Both the position numbers and the translations under genes were made by a program. The notes beneath the pieces were generated by a model, which worked only from the letters and a program-made list of their open reading frames with translations, was not told the DNA's origin and ran no database searches. From Actinomycetes bacterium (GTDB lineage Bacteria; Actinomycetota; Actinomycetes; Mycobacteriales; Mycobacteriaceae), in the NCBI GenBank assembly GCA_023415515.1, contig JAEZKH010000318.1, positions 242-64,241 on the forward strand: a DNA stretch of 64,000 nt, read 5' to 3'. Positions 42,505-51,041 of the stretch are shown here, one piece after another (the stretch's first letter is position 1; each line of letters opens with the position of its first letter).

Positions 42505-44150
42505 CAGTCCCTGAACTTCGCCGGTGGCTCGTAGAGTCCGCCGGACCAGGCCACCAGGTCTTCGATGCTGCGCGCGGCCAGCAGCGAGCGATCAGCAAGG
42601 CGTGTCTCGACTTGGAGATCCTCCGGGAATGCGACGATCCCGTCGCGGCGCAGCGCTTCGACCCTTCGTGCATCGGCTCTGCGGCCCACCGGCGTGACAC
42701 CGGCGATCGCGGCAAGCGCGGCGCGGCGGTCGTCCAACGAGGGGGCCCTGTAGAGGTAGGCGACTCCCTCCTCGGTGACCACGTGGGAGACGTCGTCGCC
42801 GTAGATCATCACCGGCGCCAGAGCCATACCGGCCTGCTCACCGACATCGACGGCATCCAGCGCCTCGACGAAAGTGGGCACCCCACCGGCGCGGAACGTC
42901 TGCGCCATCTGCACCACCAGCTTTCGGCCGCGTCGCCCCGCACCGTCGCCATGGGCGAGATCGAGCCACGCCGCAGATGGATGGCGTCGCCCGTGCGGAT
43001 CGTGGCCCATGTTGGGGGCGCCGCCGAAACCCGACAGTCGGCCGTCGGTCACCGTCGAGGAGTTGCCGTCGCGGTCGATCTGCAGCGAAGACCCGATGAA
43101 CATGTCGATCGCGTACTGTCCGGCGAGTTGGGCGAGCACCCGGTTGGAGCGCAGGGAGCCGTCGGGGCCGGTGAAGAACACGTCCGGCCGGGCCGCCGCA
43201 TAGCGGTTCATGCCGGATTCACCGCCGAAGCTGTGAACCGACTCCACCCAACCGGTTTCGATGGCAGGGATGAGCGTCGGATGAGGGTTGAGCACCCAGT
43301 GCCGCGCGATCCGGCCCTTCAAGCCGAGTTGCTCGCCATAGGTGGGCAGCAGCAATTCGATGGCGGCGGTGTCGAATCCGACACCGTGGTTGAGCGACAC
43401 CACGTTGTGGCGCTCGTAGACACCGCGGATCGCGATCATCGCTTTGAGGATCTCCACCCCACCGATGTGGCGTGGGTCGCGGGTGAAAAGGGGCTCCAGG
43501 AAGAACGGTTTGTCGGCTTCCACCACCAGATCCACCCAGCTGCCCGGAATATCAACGCGGGGAAGCGATTCGGTGTCGACGATCTCATCGACCTGAACCA
43601 GCACGACGCCGTCGCGGAAGGCGGCGGCTTCGGCGATCGTCGGGGTGTCCTCGGTGTTCGGGCCGGTGTAGAGATTGCCGTCCGAGTCTGCCGCCGACGC
43701 ACACAGCAGAACGACGTCGGGCACGAGATCGACGAACATGCGGGCGTACAACTCGACGTAGGTATGGATGGCGCCGATCTGGACGGTGCCGTCAGAGACC
43801 ATTTGCGCGATGCGGACGCTCTGCGGCCCGGAATAGGCCAGATCGAGCTTCGCGGCGATCCCGCGGTCGAACAGATCGAGGTGCTCAGGCCGGGACACCG
43901 AAGAGATCAGCATGTGCAGGCCGTTGAGCCGCTTCGGGTCGCACTGAGCCAGTGTGCGGGAAAGGAAGTCGGCCTGCTTCTGGTTGTCGCCTTCCAGTGC
44001 GACCCGGTCGCCGGACCAGACGACAGCCTGAAGCAGATCCTGAAGACGGTCGGCCTTCACCACTTTGCCGTCGACGAAATCCGTGGCCGCGCTCATGCGC
44101 TTGGCCTTCGCTGCGCGCCGGGTATCCCACTTCTTCGCGGGTGGATTCAT
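42501..44150 (-). CDS. mdcA: Malonate decarboxylase alpha subunit
   Basis: GDRVALEGDNQKQADFL, IHTYVELYAR, LYTGPNTEDTP, LNHGVGF, GFGGAPNMG, WSGGLYEPPAKFR. Confidence 0.96.
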   Translation of the reverse strand: MNPPAKKWDTRRAAKAKRMSAATDFVDGKVVKADRLQDLLQAVVWSGDRVALEGDNQKQADFLSRTLAQCDPKRLNGLHMLISSVSRPEHLDLFDRGIAAKLDLAYSGPQSVRIAQMVSDGTVQIGAIHTYVELYARMFVDLVPDVVLLCASAADSDGNLYTGPNTEDTPTIAEAAAFRDGVVLVQVDEIVDTESLPRVDIPGSWVDLVVEADKPFFLEPLFTRDPRHIGGVEILKAMIAIRGVYERHNVVSLNHGVGFDTAAIELLLPTYGEQLGLKGRIARHWVLNPHPTLIPAIETGWVESVHSFGGESGMNRYAAARPDVFFTGPDGSLRSNRVLAQLAGQYAIDMFIGSSLQIDRDGNSSTVTDGRLSGFGGAPNMGHDPHGRRHPSAAWLDLAHGDGAGRRGRKLVVQMAQTFRAGGVPTFVEALDAVDVGEQAGMALAPVMIYGDDVSHVVTEEGVAYLYRAPSLDDRRAALAAIAGVTPVGRRADARRVEALRRDGIVAFPEDLQVETRLADRSLLAARSIEDLVAWSGGLYEPPAKFRDW

Positions 44151-44992
44151 CGGCTCACCGATTGCGCCGCGTCGAGAATGACCGCCGTCACCGCATCGGG
44201 GTGGGAGATGAGCGTCAGATGTGAGCCGCCGTCGAACTCGGTGACCCGGGAATGCGCCCGCGCCGCCATCGCGCGTTCTGACGCCGGGGTGATGATCTGA
44301 TCGCGGCTGCTGATGAAATACCACGACGGGATCGTCTTCCAGGCGGCGTACCGAGACGGCGTGTCGAAGGCGGCAGTCGATGCGGCGCGCTGCGTCGCCC
44401 ACAGTCGGGTCGCCACGTCGGCGGGCAGGTCGTCTCCGAAGCTCTGCACGAACACATCCTGCTTCAAATAGAGGTCCGCCGCTCCTTGGGGTGCACCCGG
44501 ATAGGCGAGCTTGTCGAAGAGTTGATCATCCGGTTTGTGTTTGAGCACCGAGTCGGCGCCGGAAAGCGAGCCGTTGGTCTCGCCGACGTCGGGCGCGGCG
44601 GCGTCGACATAGACGAGGGCCTTGACGTTCGGATTGCCTTCCGCGGCGTTGGTGATCACCGACCCGCCGTAGGAGTGTCCGACGAGGACGATGGGGCCAT
44701 CGATCGTTGTGAGGAAGTTTGCGACGTATTCGGAGTCGGTGGTCAGGTTCTCCAACGGGTTGGCGATCGCCCTGACCGGGTAGCCGCGTCCCTCCAGAAT
44801 CTGGATTTCGCCGTTCCAGCTGGACGTGTCGGCCCACGCCCCGTGCACGAGCACGATGGTCGGCTTCTGCGCGCTCGGCTCGGCGGCCGACGGGTTGGAC
44901 GACACCAGTCCCCACACCACGATCGCGGTGCACACCATCAGTGCGACCAGGTCGTATCGGCGCCTGACGTTTCCTGTGAGCATGGGCATCAC
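44147..44992 (-). CDS. Alpha/beta hydrolase (methylesterase-like) with N-terminal signal or TM segment
   Basis: RRRYDLVALMVCTAIVVWGLVSSNPSAA|EP leader, LVHGAWAD, nucleophile GHSYGG, catalytic SHL. Start may be 44989 or 44983. ATGA overlap with mdcA. Confidence 0.85.
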   Translation of the reverse strand: MMPMLTGNVRRRYDLVALMVCTAIVVWGLVSSNPSAAEPSAQKPTIVLVHGAWADTSSWNGEIQILEGRGYPVRAIANPLENLTTDSEYVANFLTTIDGPIVLVGHSYGGSVITNAAEGNPNVKALVYVDAAAPDVGETNGSLSGADSVLKHKPDDQLFDKLAYPGAPQGAADLYLKQDVFVQSFGDDLPADVATRLWATQRAASTAAFDTPSRYAAWKTIPSWYFISSRDQIITPASERAMAARAHSRVTEFDGGSHLTLISHPDAVTAVILDAAQSVSR

Positions 44993-45081
44993 GTTCGCAC
45001 GCAGCCGCGCCGCGGGTCATCGCTGCTGACGGCCAGTTGGCCTACCGGCTAGCTGGAAAACCGCTGTCAGGTAGCGGTGCG

Positions 45082-45927
45082 TCAGAACTTCGCCACCGCT
45101 CCCGCGTCGATCGGCAGCGTCGCTCCGGTGATGTACTTCGACTCGTCGGAGGCGAGGAAGAGTACGGCGTCGCTGACCGCGCGTGCCTCGATGATCGGCG
45201 CCGGCAGCATGTGGAAGTGTCCGATCACGGCGGCGATGTCGTCGAGGGTCGGCTCGGTGAGGTCGGGCCGCAGGGTGCGGTGGAACCACTCGTTGTCGAT
45301 CATCGGTGTCCGGATGTTGCCCGGATGAATCGAGTTCACCCGGATCCACTGGTGCGCAAGCTCATTGGCGAGCGAGTTCATCAAGCCGACGACGGCGTGC
45401 TTGGCCGATGCGTAGGCGGCCATGTATCCGCCGCCGCGCAGCCCGAGCATCGAGCTGACAAGGATGATCGATCCGCCGCGGCCGTCGGACATGTGGGGCA
45501 ACGCCACCTTGGCGGTGTGCATGACCCCGGTGATGTTGATGTCGAGCATGGTCTGCCACGCGGTTTCGTCGATCTGAGCCGCGGGCGATGGCACGCCGCT
45601 GATGCCTGCGTTGGCGACGACGATGTCGGGGCGGCCCAGCTCGTCGACTCCCCGCTGCAGTGCGGCGCGCAGCCCGTCGAGGTCCCTGACGTCCGCCTTC
45701 TCGGCGACGATGCGCCGGTCCAGCTTCTCGACGAGCGCCGCCGTCTCGTCGAGATCGGCTTCTGTGGCACCGGGATAGCCGACGGTGTCGATGTCCTCGC
45801 ACACGTCGACGGCGATGATGTCGGCGCCTTCCTCCGCGAGCCGGATGGCGTGTTCCCGGCCCTGGCCCCGCGCCGCCCCGGTGATGAACGCAACCTTGCC
45901 TGCGACCCTGCCCGATGTGTTCGTCAT
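45082..45927 (-). CDS. Mycofactocin-coupled SDR oxidoreductase
   Basis: ITGAARGQGREHA, IIAVDVCEDIDTVGYPGATEADL insertion typical of this subfamily, YASAKH, VNSIHPG. Confidence 0.88.
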   Translation of the reverse strand: MTNTSGRVAGKVAFITGAARGQGREHAIRLAEEGADIIAVDVCEDIDTVGYPGATEADLDETAALVEKLDRRIVAEKADVRDLDGLRAALQRGVDELGRPDIVVANAGISGVPSPAAQIDETAWQTMLDINITGVMHTAKVALPHMSDGRGGSIILVSSMLGLRGGGYMAAYASAKHAVVGLMNSLANELAHQWIRVNSIHPGNIRTPMIDNEWFHRTLRPDLTEPTLDDIAAVIGHFHMLPAPIIEARAVSDAVLFLASDESKYITGATLPIDAGAVAKF

Positions 45928-45943
45928 CCTCACCTCGTCCCGA

Positions 45944-45953
45944 AGGGTACCGT
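45944..45953. promoter_or_regulatory. Bidirectional overlapping -10 elements (SDR / WS-DGAT)
   Basis: AGGGTACCGT gives TACCGT on + (45948-53, 6 nt before GTG 45960) and TACCCT on - (45949-44) within a 32-bp divergent gap. Confidence 0.55.
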
Positions 45954-45959
45954 CAGGTC

Positions 45960-47333
45960 GTGAAGCTGATCTCGCCGACCGATTCGTTGTTCCTCATCGG
46001 CGAATCCCGTGAACACCCGATGCACGTCGCAGGGTTGCAGCTCTTCGAGCCGCCCGAGGGCAGCGGCCCCGACTTCATCCGCGAACTGCACGAGACGATC
46101 GTCGAGAACGACGACTTCCAGCCGACGTTCCGCAAGCATCCCGGACGGATGCTCGGCGGTATCGCCAACGTGGCATGGGCCTACGACGACGACGTCGACA
46201 TCGACTACCACCTGCGCCGGTCGGGACTGCCTCGGCCCGGCCGCATCCGCGAGTTGCTCGAGTTGGTCTCGCGGCTGCACGGCACCCTGCTCGACCGGCA
46301 CCGGCCGCTGTGGGAGGCCAGCCTCGTCGAGGGCCTCGAGGACGGCCGCTTCGCGATCTACACCAAGATTCACCACTCGCTGCTCGACGGCATCTCCGCG
46401 CAGCGCCTCACGATCCGGTCGATGTCGACCGATCCCGACGATCGCGAGATCCGGGTGCCGTGGACGCTCGGCCCGAAGCACAGGAGCAGAGACGACGGGG
46501 GGACGCGCTCGGCTCTGCAGGCCGTCACCGGCGCCGTCGGATCGGTGGCCTCGCTCGCGCCGTCCACGCTGTCGGTGGCGCGGGCGGCGCTGTTGGAACA
46601 GCAGTTGACCCTGCCGTTCCGCGCACCCAAGACGATGTTCAACGTGCCGATCGGGGGAGCGCGACGCGTCGCCGCCCAGTCCTGGCCGCTGGCGCGCATC
46701 CGGGCGATCAAGTCCGCTGCCGGCGTCACCGTCAACGACGTCGTGCTGGCGATGTGCGCGGGCGCGCTGCGCACGTACCTCATCGAACAGGACGCCCTGC
46801 CCGACACGCCGCTGGTGGCGATGGTCCCGATCAGCCTGCGCGCCAAGGACGAGCAGGACGCAGGCGGCAACATGGTCGGCACCATCCTGTGCAACCTCGC
46901 CACCGACACCGAAGACCCGGCCACGCGGCTAGAGGCGATCAACACCTCGATGCGCGACAACAAGAAGGTTTTCGCGGAGCTTCCGAAGACGCAGGCGCTG
47001 GCGTTGTCGGCGTTCCTGATGTCGGGCATCGCGCTCAGCCTCGTGCCAGGGTTCGTGTCGTCGGCGCCGCCGCCGTTCAACATCGTCATCTCCAATGTCC
47101 CCGGGGCGCGGGAACCGCTGTACTGGAGAGGCGCACGACTCGACGGCAACTATCCGCTGTCGATCGCGTTGGACGGGCAGGCACTCAACATCACGCTGAC
47201 GAACAACGCCGACAACCTCGACTTCGGCCTCGTCGGCTGTCGCCGCAGCGTGCCGCACCTGCAGCGGCTGCTCATGCACCTCGAGGACTCGTTGACCGAC
47301 CTGGAGAAGGCGGTCGGGACCAGCGCCGGTTAG
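45960..47333 (+). CDS. Wax ester synthase/diacylglycerol acyltransferase (Tgs family)
   Basis: ESREHPMHV, LDRHRPLWE, catalytic HHSLLDG, TVNDVV, ISNVPG. Confidence 0.95.
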   Translation: MKLISPTDSLFLIGESREHPMHVAGLQLFEPPEGSGPDFIRELHETIVENDDFQPTFRKHPGRMLGGIANVAWAYDDDVDIDYHLRRSGLPRPGRIRELLELVSRLHGTLLDRHRPLWEASLVEGLEDGRFAIYTKIHHSLLDGISAQRLTIRSMSTDPDDREIRVPWTLGPKHRSRDDGGTRSALQAVTGAVGSVASLAPSTLSVARAALLEQQLTLPFRAPKTMFNVPIGGARRVAAQSWPLARIRAIKSAAGVTVNDVVLAMCAGALRTYLIEQDALPDTPLVAMVPISLRAKDEQDAGGNMVGTILCNLATDTEDPATRLEAINTSMRDNKKVFAELPKTQALALSAFLMSGIALSLVPGFVSSAPPPFNIVISNVPGAREPLYWRGARLDGNYPLSIALDGQALNITLTNNADNLDFGLVGCRRSVPHLQRLLMHLEDSLTDLEKAVGTSAG

Positions 47334-48070
47334 CCGGCGGTCTTACCGTTGTCGACGCGATAGACCGCGCCGTGCACGGCCGCGGCGGCGTCGCTGGCCA
47401 GGAAGGCGATGACGTTGGCGACGTCGCGCGGTGCCATCAGGCCCCGCGGTGCGGCTGTGCGCATGATCAGGTCGAAGTTCGGGTTCTCCGGCGCGGCGAA
47501 GTTCTCGATCTGCGGGGTGAGCATGCCGCCGGGGCACACCGCGTTCACCCGGAGGCGGTCGGCGGTGTACTCGACGGCCAGGGCGCGGGTCAACCCGATC
47601 AGGCCGTGCTTGGCGGCGCAGTATCCGGCCGAATAGGCCTGGCCTTCGACACCGGCTATCGAGGCGACATTGACGATGTTGCCCGCATTGGCGAGCAGAT
47701 GGGGAAGCGCCGCCCGGCACAGATAGAACGGTCCGCTGAGGTTGACCGCGAGATCGTCGGCCCAGTCATCGTCGGTCATGGACTCGGTCCGGCGCATCCG
47801 GTGGCTGCCTGCGATGTTGATGAGCACGTCGAGGCGGCCGAACTGCTCGACGCAGCGCGACACGGCGTCGCGGCACGCCGACGCCGAACTCAGTTCCGTG
47901 ACGGCGTAGGCGCCCGTTTCCACGTCGGAGAACACCTCGGCGAGCCGGCTGGTGTCGCGTGCGATGCCGAAAACCGTTGCTCCTTCTCTGGAAAGCAGCC
48001 GCACGGTTTCGGCGCCGAGCCCGGACGACGCGCCGGTGACCAAGGTGACCTTGTCGCGCAGAGATGGCAT
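47330..48070 (-). CDS. Classical SDR oxidoreductase
   Basis: VTGASSGLG, NIAG, NVAS, YCAAKHG, VNAVCPG. Confidence 0.92.
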   Translation of the reverse strand: MPSLRDKVTLVTGASSGLGAETVRLLSREGATVFGIARDTSRLAEVFSDVETGAYAVTELSSASACRDAVSRCVEQFGRLDVLINIAGSHRMRRTESMTDDDWADDLAVNLSGPFYLCRAALPHLLANAGNIVNVASIAGVEGQAYSAGYCAAKHGLIGLTRALAVEYTADRLRVNAVCPGGMLTPQIENFAAPENPNFDLIMRTAAPRGLMAPRDVANVIAFLASDAAAAVHGAVYRVDNGKTAG

Positions 48071-48139
48071 GACTTCTCCTCCCGTGGGAACACGGTATTC
48101 GATGCACAGATGCCGTCAGCGAGGTCAGGGGACAACGAC

Positions 48140-48760
48140 ATGACCGGATATTCACACCCGATGTCGGGCTTCGACGAGCCGGTGAACCGCTGGCAGGACA
48201 TCCCGGGGTGGTTTCAGTGGGGGTCGGCACAACAGGAGGCCGTCGCGCAGTTCGGTGACGGCAGCCGATTCGTCGAAGTGGGCTGCTACCTGGGTCGCAG
48301 CATCTGCTCGCTGGCGCAGACGGTGCGCGATCACGGACGTTCCATCGGCGTCATCGGGGTGGACACCGCGCGCGGCAGCGGGCCGGAGGGCCGCCGCGAC
48401 ACCAACGCCCACGGCCCGGCCGTCGAGCACGGCGGCGGCACGTTCGCCGGTCTGCTGCATCGCAACGTCATCGACTGCGGCTTCGCCGATTCGATACAGC
48501 TGGTGATCAGCGACTCGGTGGCGGCGGCACGCTTGTTCGCCGACGAGTCGTTCTCCTGGGTCCACATCGACGCCCGCCACGATTACCCGAGCGTGTGCTC
48601 CGACATCGAGGCATGGGCGCCGAAGGTGGCCCGCGGCGGGTGGTTGTCCGGCGACGACTACGACGAACACCAGTGGCCGGGCGTCGTCGGCGCAGTCGCG
48701 GACATGCTGCCCGACGCGCACCGCTGGTGGTCGACTCAATGGCGGTGGATCAAGCCGTAG
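48140..48760 (+). CDS. Class I SAM-dependent methyltransferase (Methyltransf_24-like)
   Basis: IPGWF, FVEVGCYLGRS, GVDT, VHIDARHDY, GGWLSGDDY, WPGV. Start 48140 or 48161. Confidence 0.82.
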   Translation: MTGYSHPMSGFDEPVNRWQDIPGWFQWGSAQQEAVAQFGDGSRFVEVGCYLGRSICSLAQTVRDHGRSIGVIGVDTARGSGPEGRRDTNAHGPAVEHGGGTFAGLLHRNVIDCGFADSIQLVISDSVAAARLFADESFSWVHIDARHDYPSVCSDIEAWAPKVARGGWLSGDDYDEHQWPGVVGAVADMLPDAHRWWSTQWRWIKP

Positions 48761-48803
48761 CGGCGGATAATCGACGGGTGACCGACAACGAGTCGACCTA
48801 GCC

Positions 48804-49523
48804 GTGTCCGCCCAGCGGGAGTTCACCGCCTACGGCCCGTCCCATCTGATCGTTCTCGCCGTGTTCGTCATCGGCGCCGTGGCACTGGTCTGGATCGGGC
48901 GTTCCCAGACCGAAGCGCAAGCCCGCGTGCTCGGGCGGATCCTGGCGGCCGCACTCCTCATCGCATTCGTCGTGGCGCTGGTCTACAAGCTGATCCGGCC
49001 CGATATCCAGACTTCTATTCCGCTGCAGCTGTGCGACATTGCCGAACTGATCGCCGCATACGCGTTGTGGTCGCGACGGCACTGGGCCTTCGTACTCACC
49101 TACTACTGGGGCCTGTTCCTGAGCTCGCAGGCGCTCATCACACCCGATATCGGCACGCCGGCCGAGGGCGCTCCGGACTTCCCCCACCACCTCTTCGTCA
49201 CCTTCTTCACCCTTCATGTGCTCGTGGTGTGGGCGGCGATATATCTGACCTGGGGGCGGGGCAACCGTCCGACGTGGCGCGACTACCGGTTAGCGGCGGG
49301 CGTCGGACTCGCGTGGGTGGCGTTCACCTTCGCCTTCAACGTGATCTTCGGAACCAACTACGGCTATCTGAACAGGAAACCGCCGACCGCGTCAGCGCTG
49401 GATCTGTTGGGGCCGTGGCCCTTCTATCTGCTGGCCGAGGTCGTGATCGTGCTCATCGTATGGGCGCTGATGACCTGGCCGTGGGATCGCAATCGACAGT
49501 CGCGCGCGGTGACAAGCCTTTAG
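48804..49523 (+). CDS. YwaF/TIGR02206-type integral membrane protein
   Basis: YGPSH, PLQLCD, QALITPD, TNYGYLNRKP, LLGPWPFY; multiple TM segments. Confidence 0.85.
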   Translation: MSAQREFTAYGPSHLIVLAVFVIGAVALVWIGRSQTEAQARVLGRILAAALLIAFVVALVYKLIRPDIQTSIPLQLCDIAELIAAYALWSRRHWAFVLTYYWGLFLSSQALITPDIGTPAEGAPDFPHHLFVTFFTLHVLVVWAAIYLTWGRGNRPTWRDYRLAAGVGLAWVAFTFAFNVIFGTNYGYLNRKPPTASALDLLGPWPFYLLAEVVIVLIVWALMTWPWDRNRQSRAVTSL

Positions 49524-49532
49524 TGTCCCGGC

Positions 49533-51041
49533 ATGGACCGAATCTGGCAGTGGGCGTGGGATCGGTACGGCACCAGATACCGGTGGGCGGTATATCTGCT
49601 CGCCCTCCCCGTCGCGCTGCCGGTCTGGTTTCTGATGTCGTTCATGATCGTCGCTTTCGAGAAATCGGATCGCTACGTTGAAGCAGCGGCGATCACGTTC
49701 GCGGCTGTTTCGGTGCTGCAGTATGCGAATATCCGTCTTGTTCGCAGGTCGATGAGCCTGGCCGAACAGGTGGCGGCCGGGCACGAGGTCGATCGGTCCG
49801 CCGCGCTGGAGGCCTCCTACAGCGATGCCAGGAGCGCGTCCCGCCACGCGGTGTGGACCGCTGCGGTGTGGGCCGCCATCCTGTCGGTCATTGTCGGTGC
49901 GGTGGTGGGGGCGCCGCCATCGCGGCTGGTTCAGTACGCGGTACTGGGCGCCGCCTTCGGCGCAGGCGTTCAGTTGATCGCCATACGCAGCATCGTGGAG
50001 TCCGTACAGCGGCCGGTCAGGGTTGCGCTCGCGGGAGAGACCGCGATCGGCGACGCCCTGCCGCGCTCCCGCCCGAGTTTTGCCACGTGGTCCAACGTGG
50101 CCGTGGTTGCGGTGGCATTCGCGTTCGCTGTCGCGGGGGCAGAACTTGCCGCCGGTTTCGGGCCGGCGAGCAGGTTTCCGATCGTCGCGTTCGCTATTGG
50201 GGCCGCGCTGACGCTTGCCTACGCAGTGCCGATCAGCGTCGGCTTCGGGTTCGCGCCGTCGCTGCGTCCGATTCGCGATCTCGCGGCGGGTGCCGATCGC
50301 GTCGCCGCAGGGGATTACAGTCAACGGCTGCCGGTGGTTCAGGACGACGATCTCGGTGCGCTGGCGGCGTCGTTCAACCGTATGCAGACGGGATTGGCTG
50401 AGCGACAACGCCTTCAGGGCGCGTTCGGTACTTACGTCGACCCCGCCCTCGCGGCGCGCCTGCTCGATCAGGGCGACGACGTGTTCACCGGCGAGCGTCG
50501 GGAGGTCAGCGTGATGTTCGTCGACATCCGCGACTTCACCCCGTTCGCCGAGGCGAATTCCGCCGAGGACACCGTCGCACGCCTGAACGCGCTGTTCGAC
50601 ATCGTCGTGCCTGCTGTCGTGGACAGGGGTGGGCACGTCAACAAATTCCTCGGCGACGGCGCACTCGCGGTGTTCGGAGCGCCCAACGACCTTGCCGATC
50701 ATGCCGATGCGGCCCTGAATGCCGCAATGGACATCCAGCGCCTCGTGGCCGACCGGTTCACAGGTGAGCTTCGTGTCGGCATCGGAATCAACACCGGCGT
50801 GGTCATCGCAGGCACCATCGGCGGTGCGGGCAAGCTGGAGTTCACCCTCATCGGCGACGCCGTCAACGTCGCGGCCCGCGTCGAGCAGCTCACGAAAACG
50901 ACCGGAGACGTGATTCTGCTCACCGAGCAGTCGGTAGCCGCACTCACTGCCCAACCGTCTGGCCTGCGCGACCGGGGGTCCCACGCCCTGAAAGGGAAAA
51001 CGTCTGAGGTACGGATATTCGGGCTGGCCCCTCAGGTGTAG
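49533..51041 (+). CDS. Membrane class III adenylate/guanylate cyclase with HAMP domain, copy 2
   Basis: TM region, DDLGALAASFNRM HAMP, MFVDIRDFT, VNKFLGDG, IGDAVNVAAR; ATG 6 nt after TAGTGT (likely leaderless). Confidence 0.92.
   Translation: MDRIWQWAWDRYGTRYRWAVYLLALPVALPVWFLMSFMIVAFEKSDRYVEAAAITFAAVSVLQYANIRLVRRSMSLAEQVAAGHEVDRSAALEASYSDARSASRHAVWTAAVWAAILSVIVGAVVGAPPSRLVQYAVLGAAFGAGVQLIAIRSIVESVQRPVRVALAGETAIGDALPRSRPSFATWSNVAVVAVAFAFAVAGAELAAGFGPASRFPIVAFAIGAALTLAYAVPISVGFGFAPSLRPIRDLAAGADRVAAGDYSQRLPVVQDDDLGALAASFNRMQTGLAERQRLQGAFGTYVDPALAARLLDQGDDVFTGERREVSVMFVDIRDFTPFAEANSAEDTVARLNALFDIVVPAVVDRGGHVNKFLGDGALAVFGAPNDLADHADAALNAAMDIQRLVADRFTGELRVGIGINTGVVIAGTIGGAGKLEFTLIGDAVNVAARVEQLTKTTGDVILLTEQSVAALTAQPSGLRDRGSHALKGKTSEVRIFGLAPQV

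Noticed and set aside
46175..48760. 861-aa ORF suggesting a large methyltransferase fusion
   Set aside because: Only the last ~200 aa are protein-like; the rest is off-frame WS/DGAT and antisense SDR sequence.
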